Part shown: piece after piece, positions 1-8,282 of the stretch
Position numbering within the stretch: position 1 is the first letter of the stretch
How the letters are laid out: the number at the start of each line of letters is the position of its first letter
Source of the DNA: Flavobacterium sp.
Lineage (GTDB): Bacteria; Bacteroidota; Bacteroidia; Flavobacteriales; Flavobacteriaceae
NCBI GenBank assembly: GCA_043733645.1
Contig: JAYTGH010000187.1
Location: forward strand, 1-36,311
Reading direction: 5' to 3'
Length of the DNA: 36,311 nt
Program-made: the position numbers and the translations under genes
The notes under the pieces: generated by a model
The model's database searches: none
Seen by the model: only the letters and a program-made list of their open reading frames with translations
What the model was told of the DNA's origin: nothing

Positions 1-69
1 GAACGGCGTTTGGCAGAAGTGCTCATTTATATTAAAGACCAAAAACGTAAAAAAGCCAATGGACAATAA
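1..69 (+). CDS. 3' end of an upstream gene, probably a YeeB-like DEAD/DEAH helicase (partial)
   Basis: Frame 1 reads ERRLAEVLIYIKDQKRKKANGQ* and overlaps the start of the GIY-YIG gene. The identity is inferred from context (helicase followed by T5orf172 nuclease in yeeABC-like loci). Confidence 0.4.
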   Translation, partial: ERRLAEVLIYIKDQKRKKANGQ

Positions 70-1258
70 GAAAAAAACGTTGCAAGATATATTTGATGAA
101 GAAGATGAATTTGGCTTGCTCAATATCAAGCCCGGTGCTTCTCCTGCCCGCAATGAAGACGAACGTCTTGTAGCTTCTTTTCAAGAAATCAATGATTTTT
201 ATGACAAAAACAAACGTGAACCGCAAGAAGGTGGTAGCGTTCAAGAGCATCAATTGTTTTCGAGGTTAAAATCTCTCCGTGAAAGTCCACAAAAGGTGGA
301 AATACTGAGGGGGTATGATAGCTTTGATTTGCTGAGTAAAGCAACAAAAAAGTTTGAATCCTTAGAAGATATTTTAGAAGATGAAGAATGGAACTTGATA
401 GACGATGATACTGAAGGGTTGTTTGAATTCAAGCATATTAAACAACCACATGAGCGGGCAGAAACAGATTTTGTGGCACAACGCAGACCCAGTAAAGATT
501 TTATTAAGTATGAGCATTTATTCAAAGAAGTACAAAAAGACCTTAAAGAAACAAAGCGACAATTGGTCGCTTTCAAGCAAGACAATTTAAGAGCAGGCGA
601 TTTTTATGTACACAACGGGGTATTACTTTATTTAGAAAATGTTGATTACAAAGAGGAAGTTCAACAATTTAAAAGCGGTATCCGCAATCGAAAAGATGGA
701 AGAACTCGTGTCATATTTGAAAATGGCACAGAGTCTAATATGTTGTATCGGTCTTTATACAAAGCCCTTTTATCCAATGGAAAAGCCGTATCAAGAAATG
801 CGAATGAAGTTGCTGAGACCCTTGTAGAAGTCTATAATAACATCACTAAGGAGGATAAAGCAGCGGGTTATATCTATATTTTGAAATCAAAAAGTGATAA
901 TCCGGCTGTAAAGTCTATACAAAACCTTTATAAAATCGGCTATTCAACGACAAGCGTTGAAGAACGAATTAAGAAAGTGCACGAAGAAACGACTTATTTG
1001 ATGGCATCCGTAGAAATCAAAGCCACATACAAGTGTTACAATATGAACCCTCAGAGATTTGAGCAATTGATACATACATTCTTTGGAAAAGTCTGTTTGA
1101 ATATTGATATTTTTGATAATAATGGGCAGCGATACACGCCCCGAGAATGGTTTATTGCGCCATTGGGCGTTATAGACCAAGCCATTGATTTAATCATGTC
1201 AGGGAAGATTGTGCATTATTGGTATGATGAGATGAATGAGGAGATATTGATGCGGTAA
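59..1258 (+). CDS. GIY-YIG / T5orf172-domain nuclease family protein (YeeC-like)
   Basis: C-terminal GYIYILKS...LYKIGYS..SVEERI...E..IH..F...REWF pattern typical of T5orf172/MUG113-like GIY-YIG domains; acidic N-terminus. Confidence 0.75.
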   Translation: MDNKKKTLQDIFDEEDEFGLLNIKPGASPARNEDERLVASFQEINDFYDKNKREPQEGGSVQEHQLFSRLKSLRESPQKVEILRGYDSFDLLSKATKKFESLEDILEDEEWNLIDDDTEGLFEFKHIKQPHERAETDFVAQRRPSKDFIKYEHLFKEVQKDLKETKRQLVAFKQDNLRAGDFYVHNGVLLYLENVDYKEEVQQFKSGIRNRKDGRTRVIFENGTESNMLYRSLYKALLSNGKAVSRNANEVAETLVEVYNNITKEDKAAGYIYILKSKSDNPAVKSIQNLYKIGYSTTSVEERIKKVHEETTYLMASVEIKATYKCYNMNPQRFEQLIHTFFGKVCLNIDIFDNNGQRYTPREWFIAPLGVIDQAIDLIMSGKIVHYWYDEMNEEILMR

Positions 1259-1359
1259 GTTGTGATGATTAATTTTTAAGAATATAAAAATTTTGGCAAG
1301 TGATTTGATGTATTTAAAATGTTAAAATATTTTTTAATTAAATTTTAAATACATCTAAA

Positions 1360-1995
1360 ATGGAACACAAAGTTTCTCTTGCTTTCAAGCTACTCCCTCA
1401 AGCGGAGTTCATCTCTTTCTCTACCACTGTGTATGAGTCTATGTCCACCAAAAATCAATATCTTGATTTTAAATCTTTAGTGGATACACTTAAAACGATT
1501 AATGCAGATTTGGTTACGGCTGTCGCCAGTGCCAAACAGGGCGGCACAGACCGCATCACTGCTAAAAACAAATGTCTGGCACTCGTCACTAAACAATTGG
1601 TGAAGTTAGCCAATGAAGTAGAAGATTTAGCCAACGAAAGCGAAGATTCGAGCATCATCACCGATGCAGGCTATTTACTCCGCAGTACTACCAAAAATGA
1701 AAAGCCAGCCTTGACGGAGATAAAAACGCCCACCAATGTATCAGTCTTGAATATCGTTGATAAGCCGGGTGCTGTCAGATTAACTTGGAAAAAAGCAGAA
1801 AACGCCATCAATTATGCCATCCAACACAAAAAGAAAGACGACACCGCTTGGAAAAATGGCAACTACAACAATAATCCTGAATTCATCTTCAATGACCTCG
1901 ACCTCGGCACACAATACGATTTTCAGATTTGCTCATTGGGTCCCAACAGCCTCAAAAGCTCATGGACAATACCTGTGACGACTTGGATCTCCTAA
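1360..1995 (+). CDS. Hypothetical protein with C-terminal fibronectin type III domain
   Basis: PTNVSV...VRLTWK...YAIQH...DLDLGTQYDFQI...SSW matches FN3 spacing; helical N-terminal half. Confidence 0.65.
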   Translation: MEHKVSLAFKLLPQAEFISFSTTVYESMSTKNQYLDFKSLVDTLKTINADLVTAVASAKQGGTDRITAKNKCLALVTKQLVKLANEVEDLANESEDSSIITDAGYLLRSTTKNEKPALTEIKTPTNVSVLNIVDKPGAVRLTWKKAENAINYAIQHKKKDDTAWKNGNYNNNPEFIFNDLDLGTQYDFQICSLGPNSLKSSWTIPVTTWIS

Positions 1996-2176
1996 ACATG
2001 GGCAATGGGTGATAGGTAATGGGTAATTCACCCAATTAAAAACGAGCATCAGATTCACACCTGATACTCGTTTTTTATTTTCACAACTTATTTCATTCAC
2101 ATACAGAAGAATCATTGAACAATAAAATGTAGAAGTGATATTAACAGATTCATTCCCGATTTTTCGGGACAAGCTA

Positions 2177-2199
2177 TTCATCATTCATCATTTATAATT
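2177..2199. repeat. 23-bp inverted repeat downstream of typA (partner at 4044-4066)
   Basis: TTCATCATTCATCATTTATAATT versus the reverse complement of AATTATAAATGGTGAATGATGAA: 1 mismatch. Confidence 0.8.
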
Positions 2200-2212
2200 C
2201 ATCATTCACAAA

Positions 2213-4036
2213 TTAAGCCATTGCTTCAGAATATTTAATCCCGCGCTTACGGTCAGTTTCCTCTAAAAGAATCTTACGGAGGCGGATTGACTGAGGGGTC
2301 ACTTCCACGTATTCATCTTCTTGGATATATTCTAAGGCTTCTTCCAAAGTAAACTTCTTAGGTGGAATCAAACGCGCTTTGTCATCACTACCACTGGCGC
2401 GCATATTCGTCAACTTCTTAGTCAAGGTCACATTCACGACCAAATCGCCTTGGCGGTTGTTTTCGCCGATGACCATACCAGCGTATATCTTCTCGCCTGC
2501 ATCCACGAAGAATGTTCCGCGATCTTGCAAGTTGTTGATAGAGTAAGGAATCGCTTCGCCTGTTTCTTTTGAAATCAAAGAACCATTCGTCCGATTTGGA
2601 ATATCACCTTTATAGGGTTGGAATTCCAAGAAACGGTGCGTCATCACCAATTCGCCTTGACACATGGTCAATAAAGTAGAACGCATACCGATAATACCAC
2701 GTGAAGGAATTTCAAACTTCATCAACATACGGTCACCTTTGGGTTCCATCGACAACATCATACCTTTACGGCGCGTGACCAAATCAATCACAGTACCGCT
2801 TTTATCTTCCGGCGTGTCAATATTTAACTCTTCAACCGGTTCGCATTTCTGACCGTCAATGACTTTTTGAATCACTTGCGGTTGTCCAATCTGTAATTCG
2901 TATCCTTCACGGCGCATTGTCTCTATCAAAACCGATAAATGCAGTACACCCCGTCCGAACACTCTAAAAGTATCTGCTGAACCCGTTTCTTCGACGCGCA
3001 AAGCCAAGTTTTTCTCTAACTCTTTAGCTAAACGATCTTTTACGTGGCGACTTGTCACGAATTTACCTTCTTGACCGAAGAACGGCGAATCATTGATAGT
3101 AAACGTCATACTCATCGTTGGCTCATCAATCGTGATAGTCGGCAATGCTTCCGGATTTTCGTAATCGGCAACGCAATCGCCAATTTCAAAACCATCTACG
3201 CCCACTATCGCGCATATATCACCCGCTTGCACGCTGTCGGTTTTCACCTTGCCCATGCCTTCAAAAGTGTATAATTCTTTGATACGGGTTTTCTGAACTG
3301 TACCATCTCTTTTTACCAACGATACGTTCATATTCGGTCTTAAAATACCGCGACGCAAACGACCAATCGCAATACGACCGATATAATTGGAATAATCCAA
3401 AGACGTGATCAACAACTGAACCGACTCGTCAATATCCGCTAACGGCGCAGGGATATGCTCGAGAATTTGGTCGAGCAAATAAGTAATATCTTCTTCTTTT
3501 TTATTGTAGTCGGCACCCATCCAGTTATTTTTGGCAGAACCATAAACAACAGGGAAATCCAACTGGTCTTGCGTAGCTTCCAAAGAGAACATGAGGTCAA
3601 AAACTTGCTCATACACTTCTTCCGGCTTGCAGTTTTCTTTATCAACTTTATTCACTACCACAATTGGCTTCAAACCCAATTGAATGGCTTTTTGAAGAAC
3701 GAAACGGGTTTGAGGCATCGGACCCTCGAAAGCATCCACAAGCAACAAAACACCATCGCACATATTCAATACGCGCTCCACCTCGCCACCGAAATCCGAG
3801 TGACCAGGAGTATCAATGATGTTGATTTTGACACCTTTATATGTGATGGAAACATTTTTAGCGAGAATGGTAATACCCCGTTCACGCTCAAGGTCGTTGC
3901 TGTCCATAATCAGTTCTCCTGTTAGCTCATGTTCTTTGAACAGTTTACCGATGAGAATCATTTTATCCACGAGCGTCGTCTTGCCGTGGTCAACGTGAGC
4001 AATAATGGCGATATTGCGGATATTCGGATTTTGCAT
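2213..4036 (-). CDS. typA: Translational GTPase TypA/BipA
   Basis: IRNIAIIAHVDHGKTTLVD, ERERGITILAK, DTPGHSDFGGEVER, NKVD, GRGVLHLSVLIETMRREGYE and LTNMRASG motifs; 607 aa. Confidence 0.98.
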   Translation of the reverse strand: MQNPNIRNIAIIAHVDHGKTTLVDKMILIGKLFKEHELTGELIMDSNDLERERGITILAKNVSITYKGVKINIIDTPGHSDFGGEVERVLNMCDGVLLLVDAFEGPMPQTRFVLQKAIQLGLKPIVVVNKVDKENCKPEEVYEQVFDLMFSLEATQDQLDFPVVYGSAKNNWMGADYNKKEEDITYLLDQILEHIPAPLADIDESVQLLITSLDYSNYIGRIAIGRLRRGILRPNMNVSLVKRDGTVQKTRIKELYTFEGMGKVKTDSVQAGDICAIVGVDGFEIGDCVADYENPEALPTITIDEPTMSMTFTINDSPFFGQEGKFVTSRHVKDRLAKELEKNLALRVEETGSADTFRVFGRGVLHLSVLIETMRREGYELQIGQPQVIQKVIDGQKCEPVEELNIDTPEDKSGTVIDLVTRRKGMMLSMEPKGDRMLMKFEIPSRGIIGMRSTLLTMCQGELVMTHRFLEFQPYKGDIPNRTNGSLISKETGEAIPYSINNLQDRGTFFVDAGEKIYAGMVIGENNRQGDLVVNVTLTKKLTNMRASGSDDKARLIPPKKFTLEEALEYIQEDEYVEVTPQSIRLRKILLEETDRKRGIKYSEAMA

Positions 4037-4043
4037 TAAAAAA

Positions 4044-4066
4044 AATTATAAATGGTGAATGATGAA
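4044..4066. repeat. 23-bp inverted repeat in the typA 5' leader
   Basis: Complementary to 2177-2199; lies 8-30 nt upstream of the typA ATG. Confidence 0.8.
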
Positions 4067-4143
4067 CGATAAAACTAATACGATAAAAAACACAATTCGT
4101 TCACCGTTCTTTTGTAAACGTTAATTATTTAAATTTTGCGCCG

Positions 4144-4151
4144 CAAAGGTA
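4144..4151 (-). promoter_or_regulatory. Bacteroidota -7 promoter element for typA
   Basis: Minus strand reads TACCTTTG, matching the TAnnTTTG consensus, about 110 nt upstream of the start. Confidence 0.6.
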
Positions 4152-4351
4152 CAACTTTTTATCCTAAAAAAATAGCCCGTTTTGAAAATTGCTGTTAAGT
4201 TTGGGTTAATTCAGTTTGTGAAAGACGTTTATACTGAGGGGGGTGGGTTGGACGAAATATTATTCCTTATTTGGGCATTCCTATGTGGATATGGATGCTC
4301 TTACGTGGGTGTAAAGTTTACTATAAGAATGAAGACTTGTTTACTTTGCTG

Positions 4352-4645
4352 TCACGCCTCCTCAGTATTGAGAAGTATATCTAAAAAATCATCGCCAGAA
4401 ATGATATTGAAAGACGAGAAAGGCATTTGTTTCAAAACATCGAAATGATGTTCATTTGTAACCAAATAGGAAACGTTGGCAGCAACAGCACAATCAGCAA
4501 ACTTGTCGTCGTCTGGGTCGGCTGCGATTAGTACCCAATTGTAACGCGGGTCAAAGCGCAAGACATAAGGCGATTTCATCAAGATTTCTATGGTATTATT
4601 AGCAACTGTAGGTGATCAATGCTCTCCTATTTTTTCTTCATATTC
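4352..4645 (-). pseudogene. PIN-family putative toxin, pseudogene
   Basis: Reads EYEEKIGEH*SPTVANNTIEILMKSP...DPDDDKFADCAVAANVSYLVTNEHHF. In-frame TGA at 4616-4618, and the N-terminal DTN motif is absent. Confidence 0.7.
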
Positions 4646-4740
4646 TGACTTTATTGCAATTGCGAGCGCTAAAAATTATTTTACCGTTGCAACAAAGCCT
4701 CTACGAATTATAATTTAAAAAGTGTTTTGAAGGCAAATTT

Positions 4741-6051
4741 TTAATTAAAAAGGAAATTCAAACCCATTCTGCCGTTGAGCGACTTGGAATTGTATGAATT
4801 GAATATGGCTATTATATTATCAGTGACGCCATATAATTGTATAGGTCCGACATTCAAAACAAAATGCAATCCGAGATTGTCAAAACTACCGTAACGGACT
4901 GAATACGTAGCACCTAATTGAATAGCCCGTGTCAGTTTGAAAGTACTATTGATGGCAACGTCAAATTTTGTAGCACCATCCCACGTTTCAGTGTAAATTA
5001 ATGCCCCTAATTTTATCTTTTCAGTCATATCGTAGGTAGCACCGAGGTATGTTTTCAAAGGAAGTTTTGTTGTATTTAAGCCCGTAGTACTTTCTTTTAC
5101 ATTCAGTGTTTCCTTCAAAGTATCCTGAACTTCTTTTTCATTCAATCCTTCAAACGATAAAAATTTATCGCTTTTTTGACCTGAATATTCAAAAGTGCCA
5201 TTGCTCGAATATGAATGTGCATCTTTTTTCCAATTGATAGCCCCCATCAAATCAATAACACTTGCATCTATACGCACTTTACCCAATTGAACAGTCGTGC
5301 CGACATCAAATGAAAGCCCACTATTTTCAGACATGAAAACATCCTTGAAATTAAAAGTACCATCGGAAAACTTTTTAAAATCGTTTAATCCATTGGTATG
5401 AACATCAAAATCAGAGGTGAACGTGAGTTTGTAATCCACACTATCCGTCAATAAACTCAATTTTTGTTTAACAGTTGAAATATTGGCAATGCCCGACAAT
5501 CTTTTAGCCCGCAGACCAAAGGAAATTTTGTCATTCACTTTAAATGCTAAACTCATACCTAACTCGCTATAAAGTTGTGCATTCAAGCCAACGCTCAAAT
5601 CCATTGTTTTGCCTAAATAACTATTATTTCCGAAGGTGAAACCACCGATGAGGTCTTTACTCACATTGAGGTGGACATTGCCTTTAATGCTGTTGTGAAA
5701 ACTAAGGGAAAACTTTTTAAAACCTAATGTTAAACCCAAAGTTTGTATATCTAAATTGGTGTAAAGATGACTGATGGGTTCTAAATTATTGAAAGCCGCT
5801 TTAGCATTCAATGTCCGTTTGCCTTCATTTTCAACTGTCAATTGTGAAGGCGCGTTCGGACTTTTATAGTTGAATGACATGCTCGGCATCATATAAGATG
5901 AGTGTCCGCCTGCCAACCGATATGCTGGATTGGTATAGCTGGATTGCCAAACGGTATCCAAAAAGTGCAAAGCTAATTCATGTTGAGCATGGCTTTTTAC
6001 AGTCAAAGCAAGGTTTGATAATATAAATATGGCGGCGATTATTCGTTTCAT
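4741..6051 (-). CDS. Outer-membrane beta-barrel protein, DUF5723-like
   Basis: Signal peptide (MKRIIAAIFIL...SHAQ), YTNPA motif, amphipathic strands, C-terminal GLNFLF. Confidence 0.7.
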   Translation of the reverse strand: MKRIIAAIFILSNLALTVKSHAQHELALHFLDTVWQSSYTNPAYRLAGGHSSYMMPSMSFNYKSPNAPSQLTVENEGKRTLNAKAAFNNLEPISHLYTNLDIQTLGLTLGFKKFSLSFHNSIKGNVHLNVSKDLIGGFTFGNNSYLGKTMDLSVGLNAQLYSELGMSLAFKVNDKISFGLRAKRLSGIANISTVKQKLSLLTDSVDYKLTFTSDFDVHTNGLNDFKKFSDGTFNFKDVFMSENSGLSFDVGTTVQLGKVRIDASVIDLMGAINWKKDAHSYSSNGTFEYSGQKSDKFLSFEGLNEKEVQDTLKETLNVKESTTGLNTTKLPLKTYLGATYDMTEKIKLGALIYTETWDGATKFDVAINSTFKLTRAIQLGATYSVRYGSFDNLGLHFVLNVGPIQLYGVTDNIIAIFNSYNSKSLNGRMGLNFLFN

Positions 6052-6125
6052 TTTGTTCAATTTGTATAATAAAAAATTGGTTTTTATTCTCTAAAAATTG
6101 GTTTTTACTGAGGGGGTATTTTGTC

Positions 6126-6246
6126 AAAGTGAAAAGTGAAAAACGAAAAGTGAAAAATTTTATAATTGATTGAAAATCAATATTTTATCTAAAATACTGA
6201 GAGGGTTGATTTTACACTTTACACTTTTCACTATACACTTTTCACT
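6126..6246. repeat. Inverted arrays of heptamer repeats (AAAAGTG)n / (CACTTTT)n
   Basis: 6126-6157 and 6210-6246 are degenerate heptamer arrays in opposite orientation, between the lipoprotein and OMP genes. Confidence 0.7.
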
Positions 6247-7756
6247 ACTTTTTGACTCCCGCAACAACGCCTATTTTCACTTTAATCTCCTGAGAAGATA
6301 AAAGCCTGACAGGTGTTGAGCCATTATTAACGGTTGAAAAAGTATATTTAATGATGACTTTTTTAGAGGCTTGTAAACGAGTCATTTTAGTCAAATCCAT
6401 TTTCACATTGGAGATATTGCGAAGCGGTGTAATTACTTTTCCATTGGCATCAACAGCCGCCGCTTTCAGAATAGTTTCGTTAGCTGATGAATATAGGGAA
6501 TCAATCACTCGGTTATTGACATCCAAGAAATAGGCTTGCAAATTGGCATTCAAGCCCGTACCATTGTCAGCGATGATTTTAAAATCGGCGTGGTCAATGT
6601 CTTTTGTAGAAGGGAAAGTGATAGCGAGCGTGTCGCTCTCTTCAAAGCCTTTCACAGTGGCATAAAGTGGCACTTCTATATTAATTTTCATCTTAAAAGT
6701 ACTGGTATCCAATAAAAAACCACTAATATTGCGATTACCATCAGGATTTATGATGCCATCAATGTCATAAACCATTGAAGTAGGTTTTGAACTAATGATG
6801 TCCACAACGTTAGAGTTGGATTTATCCAAAATGATTTGAGTAGATTTCATCTGTCCGACTTCGTTGGTAGCTGGATAATTCAGATTGGCACCATTTGAAA
6901 CGAATGTACCTGTTAGAGCCATCCGTTTTTTATCAACTGTTACGACCTCTGCTGTGTTGACCCTTGTACGAACAGGTATGCCGAAAGAATTTTCAAGAGT
7001 GAGTGTAATTTTAGGGTCGGCAAAACGCACTTCGCCGCGCATCAATTTTTGAATAAAGCCGATATTGATACTATCTTTAGGAATATCAAAACGATTGACA
7101 CCAAAGTAACCTTTCACGAATTTACCTTGCAAATAACGAAAAGCAAACTGTACATTATTCAATAAAACACGTTCCTTCGTACTGTTTTTACGGGCTTCGT
7201 AATAGATAATGACTTGATCATTGGGCACGTTGAGCGTATAGCCCGTTAAATCAACAGAGTCTTTGACAGGCGTTGCACCCACAGGCAAATTGAAAGTTTT
7301 TTGATAAATGACCCCGTTTTTAGTCATTTGAGGGATTCTGAAAGTCATTGTCAACGCTTCATTGAAATTATTTGACACTATATAATGTGTCATACCTTTT
7401 TTCAAATCAGCATTGGCGATTTTCAAACCACCAGGCGGAGCAAAAGGAATGGCTGAAACGGAGTCAATCAGCGGAACAAAATTATTGGGTATGCCTTCAA
7501 AAGGATCCAAAGCTGTGTTAGCTTTTGAAGTGGTAATAAATTGAGCTGTTATTTGTCCATCCGAATCAATTCGCAGTGATGCCGTTGAGTCTAAACCGGT
7601 CAACATATCTTTGATAGTTGTTTTGGTATCCACTAAAGGAGCAGCAATTTCAGCATTGATAGCAGTGTCCACATCTTCAATAGGAAGACGACAAGATTGG
7701 ACAGTGATTAAAAAAAGAGAAAATAATAATGGACAAAGTTGTGAGTTTAGCTTCAT
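6245..7756 (-). CDS. Putative lipoprotein, partner of the DUF5723-like OMP
   Basis: Hydrophobic signal ending in TVQSC (lipobox); beta-rich, 503 aa; co-oriented upstream of the OMP. Confidence 0.65.
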   Translation of the reverse strand: MKLNSQLCPLLFSLFLITVQSCRLPIEDVDTAINAEIAAPLVDTKTTIKDMLTGLDSTASLRIDSDGQITAQFITTSKANTALDPFEGIPNNFVPLIDSVSAIPFAPPGGLKIANADLKKGMTHYIVSNNFNEALTMTFRIPQMTKNGVIYQKTFNLPVGATPVKDSVDLTGYTLNVPNDQVIIYYEARKNSTKERVLLNNVQFAFRYLQGKFVKGYFGVNRFDIPKDSINIGFIQKLMRGEVRFADPKITLTLENSFGIPVRTRVNTAEVVTVDKKRMALTGTFVSNGANLNYPATNEVGQMKSTQIILDKSNSNVVDIISSKPTSMVYDIDGIINPDGNRNISGFLLDTSTFKMKINIEVPLYATVKGFEESDTLAITFPSTKDIDHADFKIIADNGTGLNANLQAYFLDVNNRVIDSLYSSANETILKAAAVDANGKVITPLRNISNVKMDLTKMTRLQASKKVIIKYTFSTVNNGSTPVRLLSSQEIKVKIGVVAGVKK

Positions 7757-7915
7757 TGTTTAATAAGTTGGATAGAAAATTAAGAATTATGAAATACCTT
7801 TTTTAGAGTATCAAATACAAGTCCATTATTTTTGATGTAAATTGTTTTTTGAAATACTCTTTAAAATTCAAGATAAAACAATTAAAAAATTGGTATTTAT
7901 GCATAAAAAGCCCAT

Positions 7916-7949
7916 AAAAAAATGCCGCTCGGTATTGACCGGACGGCAT
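7916..7949 (-). terminator. Rho-independent terminator-like hairpin
   Basis: ATGCCG.TCGGT-ATTG-ACCGG.CGGCAT stem preceded by A7 (a U-tract on the minus strand). Confidence 0.45.
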
Positions 7950-8069
7950 AAACATAACCATGAATCCCAAGACTTAATATAAGCCTACCTTGAATCTATT
8001 GTCAGCAAAATTATCTGTAATGACAATAGCTCTATTTTTTCAAAATATCCATTTTCTATGTGTTCACCG

Positions 8070-8101
8070 AAACCCATCACTGATGCTGTGATTGGGTTTT
8101 T
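8070..8101 (+). terminator. Terminator-like hairpin just upstream of the tRNA-like element
   Basis: AAACCCATCAC-TGATGCT-GTGAT(T)GGGTTTTT. Confidence 0.45.
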
Positions 8102-8107
8102 CTATTT

Positions 8108-8183
8108 GTCGGAATAGCTCAATGGTAGAGTGACTCTCTATTCGCATAGGGGTAGGTTGTTGGTTCGAGTCCAATTTCTGACA
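8108..8183 (+). tRNA. tRNA-like element with a non-canonical anticodon arm (pseudo-tRNA or tRNA mimic); isotype not assignable
   Basis: Acceptor GTCGGAA/TTCTGAC, D arm GCTC-AATGGTA-GAGT, T arm GTTGG-TTCGAGT-CCAAT. The central arm is 21 nt (ACTCTCTATTCGCATAGGGGT) instead of 17. No encoded CCA. Confidence 0.65.
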
Positions 8184-8282
8184 CGCAAAACAAGGGTTAA
8201 GGTGGGGTCTATTGTGTTACAGACTTTTATGCGCCCCACCATTAACTAATTTTTTATTTATCGTCCATCAATCTAACTTTTT

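Noticed and set aside
2664-3998. Several plus-strand ORFs within typA
   Set aside because: Antisense shadows of a conserved gene.
4182-4448. 88-aa plus-strand ORF
   Set aside because: TTG start, overlaps the PIN remnant on the opposite strand, no recognisable features.
8108-8183. Assigning a specific isotype (e.g. reading TCG, CGC or CAT as the anticodon)
   Set aside because: No 5-bp stem with a 7-nt loop can be drawn, so any assignment would be arbitrary.
7760-8280. dif site or att core at the left boundary
   Set aside because: No XerC/XerD-like sequence recognised, and no partner repeat is available in the window.
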